DNA of 64,000 nucleotides from Eledone cirrhosa. Its lineage: Eukaryota. A program made the translations under genes and the position numbers. The notes beneath the pieces are model-generated. The model saw only the letters and a program-made list of their open reading frames with translations, had not been told where the DNA came from and ran no database searches. This document shows, piece after piece, positions 15,001 through 28,480 of the stretch. Location: positions 49,786,001 through 49,850,000 of the forward strand of contig OZ024747.1 of assembly GCA_964016885.1 (NCBI GenBank). Direction: 5' to 3'. Numbering within the stretch: position 1 is the stretch's first letter; each line of letters begins with the position of its first letter.

Positions 15001-18000
15001 CAAAGTGATCACTTTACACTGTGGACTGGGTGCTTTCTGTCATGACACCAAAGTGATCACTTTACAGTGTGGACTGGGTGCTTTCTGTCATGTCACCAAA
15101 GCAATCACTTTACAGTGTGGACTGGGTGCTTTCTGTCATGTCACCAAAGCGATCACTTTACAGTGTGGACTGGGTGCTTTCTGTCATGTCACCAAAGCGA
15201 TCACTTTACAGTGTGGACTGGGTGCTTTCTGTCATGACACCAAAGTGATCACTTTACAGTGTGGACTGGGTGCTTTCTGTCATGTCACCAAAGTGATCAC
15301 TTTACAGTGTGGACTGGGTGCTTTCTGTCATGTCACCAAAGTGATCACTTTACAGTGTGGACTGGGTGCTTTCTGTCAAGACACCAAATTGATCACTTTA
15401 CAGTGTGGACTGGGTGCTTTCTGTCATGTCACCAAAGTGATCACTTTACAGTATGGACTGGGTGCTTTCTGTCATGTCACCAAAGCGATCACTTTACAGT
15501 GTGGACTGGGTGCTTTCTGTCATGTCACCAAAGTGATCACTTTACAGTGTGGACTGGGTGCTTTCTGTCAAGACACCAAAGTGATCACTTTACAGTGTGG
15601 ACTGGGTGCTTTCTGTCATGTCACCAAAGTGATCACTTTACAGTGTGGACTGGGTTTTCTGTCATGTCACCAAAGTGATCACTTTACAGTGTGGACTGGG
15701 TGCTTTCTGTCATGTCACCAAAGTGATCATTTTACAGTGTGGACTGGGTGCTTTCTGTCATGACACCAAAGCAATCACTTTACAGTGTGGACTGGGTGCT
15801 TTCTGTCATGTCACCAAAGCAATCACTTTACAGTGTGGACTGGGTGCTTTCTGTCATGTCACCAAAGTGATCACTTTACAGTGTGGACTGGGTGCTTTCT
15901 GTCATGTCACCAAAGTGATCACTTTACAGTGTGGACTGGGTGCTTTCTGTCATGTCACCAAAGTGATCACTTTACAGTGTGGACTGGGTGCTTTCTGTCA
16001 TGTCACCAAAGTGATCACTTTACAGTATGGACTGGGTGCTTTCTGTCCTGTCACCAAAGCGATCACTTTACAGTGTGGACTGGGTGCTTTCTGTCAAGAC
16101 ACCAAAGTGATCACTTTACAGTGTGGACTGGGTGCTTTCTGTTATGTCACCAAAGCGATCACTTTACAGTGTGGACTGGGTTTCCTGTCATGTCACCAAA
16201 GTGATCACTTTACAGTGTGGACTGGGTGCTTTCTGTCATGACACCAAAGCAATCACTTTACAGTGTGGACTGGGTGCTTTCTGTCATGTCACCAAAGCGA
16301 TCCCTTTACAGTGTGGACTGGATGCTTTCTCTCATGTCACCAAAGCAATCACTTTACAGTGTGGACTGGGTGCATTCTGTCATGACACCAAAGTGATCAC
16401 TTTACAGTGTGGACTGGGTGCTTTCTGTCATGACACCAAAGTGATCACTTTACAGTGTGGACTGGGTGCTTTCTGTCATGACACCAAAGCAATCACTTTA
16501 CAGTGTGGACTGGGTGGTTTCTGTCATGACACCAAAGTGATCACTTTACAGTGTGGACTGGGTGCTTTCTGTCATGTCACCAAAGCAATCACTTTACAGT
16601 GTGGACTGGGTGCTTTCTGTTATGTCAGCAAAGCAATCACTTTACAGTGTGGACTGGGTGCTTTCTGTCATGACACCAAAGCAATCACTTTACAGTGTGG
16701 ACTGGGTGCTTTCTGTCATGTCACCAAAGTGATCACTTTACAGTGTGGACTGGGTGCTTTCTGTCATGTCACCAAAGTGATCACTTTACAGTGTGGATTG
16801 GGTGCTTTCTGTCATGTCACCAAAGTGATCACTTTACAGTGTGGATTGGGTGCTTTCTGTCATGTCACCAAAGTGATCACTTTACAGTGTGGACTGGGTG
16901 CTTTCTGTCATGTCACCAAAGCAATCACTTTACAGTGTGGACTGGGTGCTTTCTGTCATGTCACCAAAGTGATCACTTTACAGTGTGGACTGGGTGCTTT
17001 CTGTCATGTCACCAAAGTGATCACTTTACAGTGTGGACTGGGTGCTTTCTGTCATGTCACCAAAGTTATCACTTTACAGTGTGGACTGGGTGCTTTCTGT
17101 CATGTCACCAAAGCGATCACTTTACAGTGTGGACTGGGTGCTTTCTGTCATGTCACCAAAGCAATCACTTTACAGTGTGGACTGGGTGCTTTCTGTCATG
17201 TCACCAAAGTGATCACTTTACAGTGTGGACTGGGTGCTTTCTGTCATGTCACCAAAGTGATCACTTTACAGTGTGGACTGGGTGCTTTCTGTCATGTCAC
17301 CAAAGTGATCACTTTACAGTGTGGACTGGGTGCTTTCTGTCATGACACCAAAGCAATCACTTTACAGTGTGGACTGGGTGCTTTCTGTCATGTCACCAAA
17401 GTGATCACTTTACAGTGTGGACTAGGTGCTTTCTGTCATGACACCAAAGTGATCACTTTACAGTGTGGACTGGGTGCTTTCTGTCATGTCACCAAATTGA
17501 TCACTTTACAGTGTGGACTGGGTGCTTTCTGTCATGTCACCAAAGCAATCACTTTACAGTGTGGACTGGGTGCTTTCTGTCATGTCAGCAAAGCAATCAC
17601 TTTACAGTGTGGACTGGGTGCTTTCTGTCATAACACCAAAGCAATCACTTTACAGTGTGGACTGGGTGCTTTCTGTCATGTCACCAAAGTGATCACTCTA
17701 CAGTGTGGACTGGGTGCTTTCTGTCATGTCACCAAAGTGATCACTTTACAGTGTGGATTGGGTGCTTTCTGTCATGTCACCAAAGTGATCACTTTAAAGT
17801 GTGGATTGGGTGCTTTCTGTCATGTCACCAATGTGATCACTTTACAGTGTGGACTGGGTGCTTTCTGTCATGTCACCAAAGCAATCACTTTACACTGTGG
17901 ACTGGGTGCTTTCTGTCATGTCACCAAAGTGATCACTTTACAGTGTGGACTGGGTGCTTTCTGTCATGTCACCAAAGTGATCACTTTACAGTGTGGACTG

Positions 18001-21000
18001 GGTGCTTTCTGTCATGTCACCAAAGTGATCACTTTACAGTGTGGACTGGGTGCTTTCTGTCATGTCACCAAAGTGATCACTTTACAGTGTGGACTGGGTG
18101 CTTTCTGTCATGTCACCAAAGCAATCACTTTACAGTGTGGACTGGGTGCTTTCTGTCATGTCACCAAAGTGATCACTTTACAGTGTGGACTGGGTGCTTT
18201 CTGTCATGTCACCAAAGTGATCACTTTACAGTGTGGACTGGGTGCTTTCTGTCATGTCACCAAAGTGATCACTTTACAGTGTGGACTGGGTGCTTTCTGT
18301 CATGTCACCAAAGTGATCACTTTACAGTATGGACTGGGTGCTTTCTGTCATGACACCAAAGCAATCACTTTACAGTGTGGACTGGGTGCTTTCTGTCATG
18401 TCACCAAAGTGATCACTTTACAGTGTGGACTAGGTGCTTTCTGTCATGACACCAAAGTGATCACTTTACAGTGTGGACTGGGTGCTTTCTGTCATGTCAC
18501 CAAATTGATCACTTTACAGTGTGGACTGGGTGCTTTCTGTCATGACACCAAAGTGATCACTTTACACTGTGGACTGTGTGCTTTCTGTCATGTCACCAAA
18601 GTGATCACTTTACAGTGTGGACTGGGTGCTTTCTGTCATGTCACAAAAGTGATCACTTTACAGTGTGGACTGGGTGCATTCTGACATGACACCAAAGCGA
18701 TCACTTTACAGTGTGGACTGGGTGCTTTTTGTCATGTCACCAAAGTGATCACTTTACAGTGTGGACTGGGTGCTTTCTGTCATGTCACCAAAGCAATCAC
18801 TTTACACTGTGGACTGGGTGCTTTCTGTCATGACATCAAAGTGATCACTTTACAGTGTGGACTGGGTGCATTCTGTCATGACACCAAAGTGATCACTTTA
18901 CAGTGTGGACTGGGTGCTTTCTGTCATGTCACCAAAGCAATCACTTTACAGTGTGGACTGGGTGCTTTCTGTCATGTCACCAAAGCGATCACTTTACAGT
19001 GTGGACTGGGTGCTTTCTGTCATGACACCAAAGTGATCACTTTACAGTGTGGACTGGGTGCTTTCTGTCATGTCACCAAAGTGATCACTTTACAGTGTGG
19101 ACTGGGTGCTTTCTGTCATGTCACCAAAGTGATCATTTTACAGTGTGGACTGGGTGCTTTCTGTCAAGACACCAAAGTGATCACTTTACAGTGTGGACTG
19201 GGTGCTTTCTGTCATGTCACCAAAGTGATCACTTTACACTATGGACTGGGTGCTTTCTGCCATGTCACCAAAGCGATCACTTTACAGTGTGGACTGGGTG
19301 CTTTCTGTCATGTCACCAAAGTGATCACTTTACAGTGTGGACTGGGTGCTTTCTGTCATGTCACCAAAGTGATCACTTTACAGTGTGGACTGGGTTTTCT
19401 GTCATGTCACCAAAGTGATCACTTTACAGTGTGGACTGGGTGCTTTCTGTCATGTCACCAAAGCAATCACTTTACAGTGTGGACTGGGTGCTTTCTGTCA
19501 TGTCACCAAAGTGATCACTTTACAGTGTGGACTGGGTGCTTTCTGTCATGTCAGCAAAGCGATCACTTTACAGTGTGGACTGGGTGCTTTCTGTCATGTC
19601 ACCAAAGCAATCACTTTACAGTGTGGACTGGGTGCTTTCTGTCATGTCACCAAAGTAATCACTTTACAGTGTGGACTGGGTGCTTTCTGTCATGTCACCA
19701 AAGTGATCACTTTACAGTGTGGACTGGGTGCTTTCTGTCATGTCACCAAAGCAATCACTTTACAGTGTGGACTGGGTGCTTTCTGTCATGTCACCAAAGT
19801 GATCACTTTACAGTGTGGACTGGGTGCTTTCTGTCATGTCACCAAAGCGATCACTTTACAGTGTGGACTGGGTGCTTTCTGTCATGTCACCAAAGCAATC
19901 ACTTTACAGTGTGGACTGGGTGCTTTCTGTCATGACACCAAAGCAATCACTTTACAGTGTGGACTGGGTGCTTTCTGTCATGACACCAAAGTGATCACTT
20001 TACAGTGTGGACTGGGTGCTTTCTGTCATGTCACCAAAGTGATCACTTTACAGTGTGGACTGGGTGCATTCTGTCATGTCACCAAAGAAATCACTTTACA
20101 GTGTGGACTGGGTGCTTTCTGTCATGTCACCAAAGTGATCACTTTACAGTGTGGACTGGGTGCTTTCTGTCATGTCACCAAAGTGATCACTTTACAGTGT
20201 GGACTGGGTGCTTTCTGTCATGACACCAAAGCAATCACTTTACAGTGTGGACTGGGTGCTTTCTGTCATGACACCAAAGTGATCACTTTACAGTGTGGAC
20301 TGGGTGCTTTCTGTCATGTCACCAAAGTGATCGCTTTTCAGTGTGGACTGGGTGCTTTCTGTCATGTCACCAAAGTGATCGCTTTACAGTGTGGACTGGG
20401 TGCTTTCTGTCATGTCACCAAACTGATCACTTTACAGTGTGGACTGGGTGCTTTCTGTCATGACACCAAAGCAATCACTTTACAGTGTGGACTGGGTGCA
20501 TTCTGTGATGACACCAAAGCGATCACTTTACTGTGTGGACTGGGTGCATTCTGTCATGACACCAAAGCGATCACTTTACAGTGTCGACTGGGTGCTTTCT
20601 GTCATGACACCAAAGCGATCACTTTACATTGTGGACTGGGTGCATTCTGTCATGACACCAAAGCGATCACGTTACAGTGTGGACTGGGTGCTTTCTGTCA
20701 TGACACCAAAGCGATCACTTTACAGTGTGGACTGGGTGCATTCTGTCATGACACCAAAGCGAACACTTTACAGTGTGGACTGGCTGCATTCTGTCATGCC
20801 ACCAAAGCGATCACTTTACAGTGTGGATTGGGTGCTTTCTGTCATGACACCAAAGCGATCACTTTACAGTGTGGACTGGGTGCTTTCTGTCATGACACCA
20901 AAGCGATCACTTTACAGTGTGGACTGGGTGCATTCTGTCATGACACCAAAGCAATCACTTTACAGTGTGGACTGGGTGCATTCTGTCATGACACCAAAGC

Positions 21001-24000
21001 GATCACTTTACAGTGTGGACTGGGTGCATTCTGTCATGACACCAAAGCGATCACTTTACAGTGTGGACTGGGTGCTTTCTGTCATGTCACCAATGCGATC
21101 ACTTTACAGTGTGGACTGGGTGCTTTCTGTCATGTCACCAAAGTGATCACTTTACAGTGTGGACTGGGTGCTTTCTGTCATGTCACCAAAGTGATCACTT
21201 TACAGTGTGGACTGGGTGCTTTCTGTCATGTCACCAAAGTGATCACTTTACAGTGTGGACTGGGTGCTTTCTGTCATGTCACCAAAGTGATCACTTCACA
21301 GTGTGGACTGGGTGCTTTCTGTCAAGACACCAAAGTGATCACTTTACAGTGTGGACTGGGTGCTTTCTGTCATGTCACCAAAGTGATCACTTTACAGTAT
21401 GGACTGGGTGCTTTCTGTCATGTCACCAAAGCGATCACTTTACAGTGTGGACTGGGTGCTTTCTGTCATGTCACCAAAGTGATCACTTTACAGTGTGGAC
21501 TGGGTGCTTTCTGTCAAGACACCAAAGTGATCACTTTACAGTGTGGACTGGGTGCTTTCTGTCATGTCACCAAAGTGATCACTTTACAGTGTGGACTGGG
21601 TTTTCTGTCATGTCACCAAAGTGATCACTTTACAGTGTGGACTGGGTGCTTTCTGTCATGTCACCAAAGTGATCATTTTACAGTGTGGACTGGGTGCTTT
21701 CTGTCATGACACCAAAGCAATCACTTTACAGTGTGGACTGGGTGCTTTCTGTCATGTCACCAAAGCAATCACTTTACAGTGTGGACTGGGTGCTTTCTGT
21801 CATGTCACCAAAGTGATCACTTTACAGTGTGGATTGGGTGCTTTTTGTCATGTCACCAAAGTGATCACTTTACAGTGTGGACTGGGTGCTTTCTGTCATG
21901 TCACCAAAGTGATCACTTTACAGTGTGGACTGGGTGCTTTCTGTCATGTCACCAAAGTGATCACTTTACAGTATGGACTGGGTGCTTTCTGTCCTGTCAC
22001 CAAAGCGATCACTTTACAGTGTGGACTGGGTGCTTTCTGTCAAGACACCAAAGTGATCACTTTACAGTGTGGACTGGGTGCTTTCTGTTATGTCACCAAA
22101 GCGATCACTTTACAGTGTGGACTGGGTTTCCTGTCATGTCACCAAAGTGATCACTTTACAGTGTGGACTGGGTGCTTTCTGTCATGACACCAAAGCAATC
22201 ACTTTACAGTGTGGACTGGGTGCTTTCTGTCATGTCACCAAAGTGATCACTTTACAGTGTGGACTGGGTGCTTTCTGTCATGTCACCAAAGCGATCCCTT
22301 TACAGTGTGGACTGGGTGCTTTCTGTCATGTCACCAAAGCAACCACTTTACAGTGTGGACTGGGTGCATTCTGTCATGACACCAAAGTGATCACTTTACA
22401 GTGTGGACTGGGTGCTTTCTGACATGACACCAAAGTGATCACTTTACAGTGTGGACTGGGTGCTTTCTGTCATGACACCAAAGCAATCACTTTACAGTGT
22501 GGACTGGGTGGTTTCTGTCATGACACCAAAGTGATCACTTTACAGTGTGGACTGGGTGCTTTCTGTCATGTCACCAAAGCAATCACTTTACAGTGTGGAC
22601 TGGGTGCTTTCTGTCATGTCAGCAAAGCAATCACTTTACAGTGTGGACTGGGTGCTTTCTGTCATGACACCAAAGCAATCACTTTACAGTGTGGACTGGG
22701 TGCTTTCTGTCATGTCACCAAAGTGATCACTTTACAGTGTGGACTGGGTGCTTTCTGTCATGTCACCAAAGTGATCACTTTACAGTGTGGACTGGGTGCT
22801 TTCTGTCATGTCACCAAAGTGATCACTTTACAGTGTGGATTGGGTGCTTTCTGTCATGTCACCAAAGTGATCACTTTACAGTGTGGATTGGGTGCTTTCT
22901 GTCATGTCACCAAAGTGATCACTTTACAGTGTGGACTGGGTGCTTTCTGTCATGTCACCAAAGCAATCACTTTACAGTGTGGACTGGGTGCTTTCTGTCA
23001 TGTCACCAAAGTGATCACTTTACAGTGTGGACTGGGTGCTTTCTGTCATGTCACCAAAGTGATCACTTTACAGTGTGGACTGGGTGCTTTCTGTCATGTC
23101 ACCAAAGTGATCACTTTACAGTGTGGACTGGGTGCTTTCTGTCAGGTCACCAAAGTGATCACTTTACAGTGTGGACTGGCTGCTTTCTGTCATGTCACCA
23201 AAGTGATCACTTTACAGTGTGGACTGGGTGCTTTCTGTCATGACACCAAAGCAATCACTTTACAGTGTGGACTGGGTGCTTTCTGTCATGTCACCAAAGT
23301 GATCACTTTACAGTGTGGACTAGGTGCTTTCTGTCATGACACCAAAGTGATCACTTTACAGTGTGGACTGGGTGCTTTCTGTCATGTCACCAAATTGATC
23401 ACTTTACAGTGTGGACTGGGTGCTTTCTGTCATGTCACCAAAGCAATCACTTTACAGTGTGGACTGGGTGCTTTCTGTCATGTCAGCAAAGCAATCACTT
23501 TACAGTGTGGACTGGGTGCTTTCTGTCATGACACCAAAGCAATCACTTTACAGTGTGGACTGGGTGCTTTCTGTCATGTCACCAAAGTGATCACTTTACA
23601 GTGTGGACTGGGTGCTTTCTGTCATGTCACCAAAGTGATCACTTTACAGTGTGGATTGGGTGCTTTCTGTCATGTCACCAAAGTGATCACTTTACAGTGT
23701 GGATTGGGTGCTTTCTGTCATGTCACCAAAGTGATCACTTTACAGTGTGGACTGGGTGCTTTCTGTCATGTCACCAAAGCAATCACTTTACACTGTGGAC
23801 TGGGTGCTTTCTGTCATGTCACCAAAGTGATCACTTTACAGTGTGGACTGGGTGCTTTCTGTCATGTCACCAAAGTGATCACTTTACAGTGTGGACTGGG
23901 TGCTTTCTGTCATGTCACCAAAGTGATCACTTTACAGTGTGGACTGGGTGCTTTCTGTCATGTCACCAAAGTGATCACTTTACAGTGTGGACTGGGTGCT

Positions 24001-27000
24001 TTCTGTCATGTCACCAAAGCAATCACTTTACAGTGTGGACTGGGTGCTTTCTGTCATGTCACCAAAGTGATCACTTTACAGTGTGGACTGGGTGCTTTCT
24101 GTCATGTCACCAAAGTGATCACTTTACAGTGTGGACTGGGTGCTTTCTGTCATGTCACCAAAGTGATCACTTTACAGTGTGGACTGGGTGCTTTCTGTCA
24201 TGTCACCAAAGTGATCACTTTACAGTATGGACTGGGTGCTTTCTGTCATGACACCAAAGCAATCACTTTACAGTGTGGACTGGGTGCTTTCTGTCATGTC
24301 ACCAAAGTGATCACTTTACAGTGTGGACTAGGTGCTTTCTGTCATGACACCAAAGTGATCACTTTACAGTGTGGACTGGGTGCTTTCTGTCATGTCACCA
24401 AATTGATCACTTTACAGTGTGGACTGGGTGCTTTCTGTCATGACACCAAAGTGATCACTTTACACTGTGGACTGTGTGCTTTCTGTCATGTCACCAAAGT
24501 GATCACTTTACAGTGTGGACTGGGTGCTTTCTGTCATGTCACCAAAGTGATCACTTTACAGTGTGGACTGGGTGCATTCTGACATGACACCAAAGCGATC
24601 ACTTTACAGTGTGGACTGGGTGCTTTCTGTCATGTCACCAAAGTGATCACTTTACAGTGTGGACTGGGTGCTTTCTGTCATGTCACCAAAGCAATCACTT
24701 TACACTGTGGACTGGGTGCTTTCTGTCATGACACCAAAGTGATCACTTTACAGTGTGGACTGGGTGCATTCTGTCATGACACCAAAGTGATCACTTTACA
24801 GTGTGGACTGGGTGCTTTCTGTCATGTCACCAAAGCAATCACTTTACAGTGTGGACTGGGTGCTTTCTGTCATGTCACCAAAGCGATCACTTTACAGTGT
24901 GGACTGGGTGCTTTCTGTCATGACACCAAAGTGATCACTTTACAGTGTGGACTGGGTGCTTTCTGTCATGTCACCAAAGTGATCACTTTACAGTGTGGAC
25001 TGGGTGCTTTCTGTCATGTCACCAAAGTGATCATTTTACAGTGTGGACTGGGTGCTTTCTGTCAAGACACCAAAGTGATCACTTTACAGTGTGGACTGGG
25101 TGCTTTCTGTCATGACACCAAAGCAATCACTTTACAGTGTGGACTGGGTGCTTTCTGTCATGTCACCAAAGTGATCACTTTACAGTGTGGACTGGGTGCT
25201 TTCTGTCATGTCACCAAAGTGATCACTTTACAGTGTGGATTGGGTGCTTTCTGTCATGTCACCAAAGTGATCACTTTACAGTGTGGATTGGGTGCTTTCT
25301 GTCATGTTACCAAAGTGATCACTTTACAGTGTGGACTGGGTGCTTTCTGTCATGTCACCAAAGCAATCACTTTACACTGTGGACTGGGTGCTTTCTGTCA
25401 TGTCACCAAAGTGATCACTTTACAGTGTGGACTGGGTGCTTTCTGTCATGTCACCAAAGTGATCACTTTACAGTGAGGACTGGGTGCTTTCTGTCATGTC
25501 ACCAAAGTGATCACTTTACAGTGTGGACTGGGTGCTTTCTGTCATGTCACCAAAGTGATCACTTTACAGTGTGGACTGGGTGCTTTCTGTCATGTCACCA
25601 AAGCAATCACTTTACAGTGTGGACTGGGTGCTTTCTGTCATGTCACCAAAGTGATCACTTTACAGTGTGGACTGGGTGCTTTCTGTCATGTCACCAAAGT
25701 GATCACTTTACAGTGTGGACTGGGTGCTTTCTGTCATGTCACCAAAGTGATCACTTTACAGTGTGGACTGGGTGCTTTCTGTCATGTCACCAAAGTGATC
25801 ACTTTACAGTATGGACTGGGTGCTTTCTGTCATGACACCAAAGCAATCACTTTACAGTGTGGACTGGGTGCTTTCTGTCATGTCACCAAAGTGATCACTT
25901 TACAGTGTGGACTAGGTGCTTTCTGTCATGACACCAAAGTGATCACTTTACAGTGTGGACTGGGTGCTTTCTGTCATGTCACCAAATTGATCACTTTACA
26001 GTGTGGACTGGGTGCTTTCTGTCATGACACCAAAGTGATCACTTTACACTGTGGACTGTGTGCTTTCTGTCATGTCACCAAAGTGATCACTTTACAGTGT
26101 GGACTGGGTGCTTTCTGTCATGTCACCAAAGTGATCACTTTACAGTGTGGACTGGGTGCATTCTGACATGACACCAAAGCGATCACTTTACAGTGTGGAC
26201 TGGGTGCTTTCTGTCATGTCACCAAAGTGATCACTTTACAGTGTGGACTGGGTGCTTTCTGTCATGTCACCAAAGCAATCACTTTACACTGTGGACTGGG
26301 TGCTTTCTGTCATGACACCAAAGTGATCACTTTAAAGTGTGGACTGGGTGCATTCTGTCATGACACCAAAGTGATCACTTTACAGTGTGGACTGGGTGCT
26401 TTCTGTCATGTCACCAAAGCAATCACTTTACAGTGTGGACTGGGTGCTTTCTGTCATGTCACCAAAGCGATCACTTTACAGTGTGGACTGGGTGCTTTCT
26501 GTCATGACACCAAAGTGATCACTTTACAGTGTGGACTGGGTGCTTTCTGTCATGTCACCAAAGTGATCACTTTACAGTGTGGACTGGGTGCTTTCTGTCA
26601 TGTCACCAAAGTGATCATTTTACAGTGTGGACTGGGTGCTTTCTGTCAAGACACCAAAGTGATCACTTTACAGTGTGGACTGGGTGCTTTCTGTCATGTC
26701 ACCAAAGTGATCACTTTACAGTATGGACTGGGTGCTTTCTGTCATGTCACCAAAGTGATCACTTTACAGTGTGGACTGGGTGCTTTCTGTCATGTCACCA
26801 AAGTGATCACTTTACAGTGTGGACTGGGTTTTCTGTCATGTCACCAAAGCGATCACTTTACAGTGTGGACTGGGTGCTTTCTGTCATGTCACCAAAGCAA
26901 TCACTTTACAGTGTGGACTGGGTGCTTTCTGTCATGTCACCAAAGTAATCACTTTACAGTGTGGACTGGGTGCTTTCTGTCATGTCACCAAAGTGATCAC

Positions 27001-28480
27001 TTTACAGTGTGGACTGGGTGCTTTCTGTCATGACACCAAAGCAATCACTTTACAGTGTGGACTGGGTGCTTTCTGTCATGACACCAAAGTGATCACTTTA
27101 CAGTGTGGACTGGGTGCTTTCTGTCATGTCACCAAAGTGATCGCTTTACAGTGTGGACTGGGTGCTTTCTGTCATGTCACCAAAGTGATCGCTTTACAGT
27201 GTGGACTGGGTGCTTTCTGTCATGTCACCAAACTGATCACTTTACAGTGTGGACTGGGTGCTTTCTGTCATGACACCAAAGCAATCACTTTACAGTGTGG
27301 ACTGGGTGCATTCTGTGATGACACCAAAGCGATCACTTTACTGTGTGGACTGGGTGCATTCTGTCATGACACCAAAGCGATCACTTTACAGTGTCGACTG
27401 GGTGCTTTCTGTCATGACACCAAAGCGATCACTTTACATTGTGGACTGGGTGCATTCTGTCATGACACCAAAGCGATCACGTTACAGTGTGGACTGGGTG
27501 CTTTCTGTCATGACACCAAAGCGATCACTTTACAGTGTGGACTGGGTGCATTCTGTCATGACACCAAAGCGATCACTTTACAGTGTGGACTGGCTGCATT
27601 CTGTCATGACACCAAAGCGATCACTTTACAGTGTGGACTGGGTGCTTTCTGTCATGACACCAAAGCAATCACTTTACAGTGTGGACTGGGTGCTTTCTGT
27701 CATGACACCAAAGCGATCACTTTACAGTGTGGATTGGGTGCTTTCTGTCATGACACCAAAGCGATCACTTTACAGTGTGGACTGGGTGCTTTCTGTCATG
27801 ACACCAAAGCGATCACTTTACAGTGTGGACTGGGTGCATTCTGTCATGACACCAAAGCGATCACTTTACAGTGTGGACTGGCTGCATTCTGTCATGACAC
27901 CAAAGCGATCACTTTACAGTGTGGACTGGGTGCTTTCTGTCATGACACCAAAGCAATCACTTTACAGTGTGGACTGGGTGCTTTCTGTCATGACACCAAA
28001 GCGATCACTTTACAGTGTGGATTGGGTGCTTTCTGTCATGACACCAAAGCGATCACTTTACAGTGTGGACTGGGTGCTTTCTGTCATGACACCAAAGCGA
28101 TCACTTTACAGTGTGGACTGGGTGCATTCTGTCATGACACCAAAGCAATCACTTTACAGTGTGGACTGGGTGCATTCTGTCATGACACCAAAGCGATCAC
28201 TTTACAGTGTGGACTGGGTGCATTCTGTCATGACACCAAAGCGATCACTTTACAGTGTGGACTGGGTGCTTTCTGTCATGTCACCAAAGTGATCACTTTA
28301 CAGTGTGGACTGGGTGCTTTCTGTCATGTCACCAAAGTGATCGCTTTACAGTGTGGACTGGGTGCATTCTGTCATGTCACCAAAGTGATCGCTTTACAGT
28401 GTGGACTGGGTGCTTTCTGTCATGACACCAAAGTGATCACTTTACAGTGTGGACTGGGTATTTGTTGTCGTGGCTCCAAA
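1..28480. repeat. 48-bp tandem satellite, ~590 monomers, open at the left window edge
   Basis: Monomer GTCATGTCACCAAAGTGATCACTTTACAGTGTGGACTGGGTGCTTTCT repeated head-to-tail with few substitutions and rare 1-5 bp deletions; ends in a diverged monomer at ~28440-28480. Confidence 0.99.

Noticed and set aside
15-28460. Long Cys-rich ORFs (ITLQCGLGAFCHVTKV)n and (SDHFTVWTGCFLSCHQ)n, up to ~880 aa
   Set aside because: By-product of a 48-bp (multiple of 3) monomer lacking stops in some frames; frameshifts and stops are propagated in the higher-order repeats; no unique N- or C-terminus or splice context; the monomer is SINE-derived.
1-28480. CRISPR-like array
   Set aside because: Monomers are contiguous with no unique spacers; eukaryotic context; no cas genes. 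The same applies to the 46-bp array at 49335-54902.
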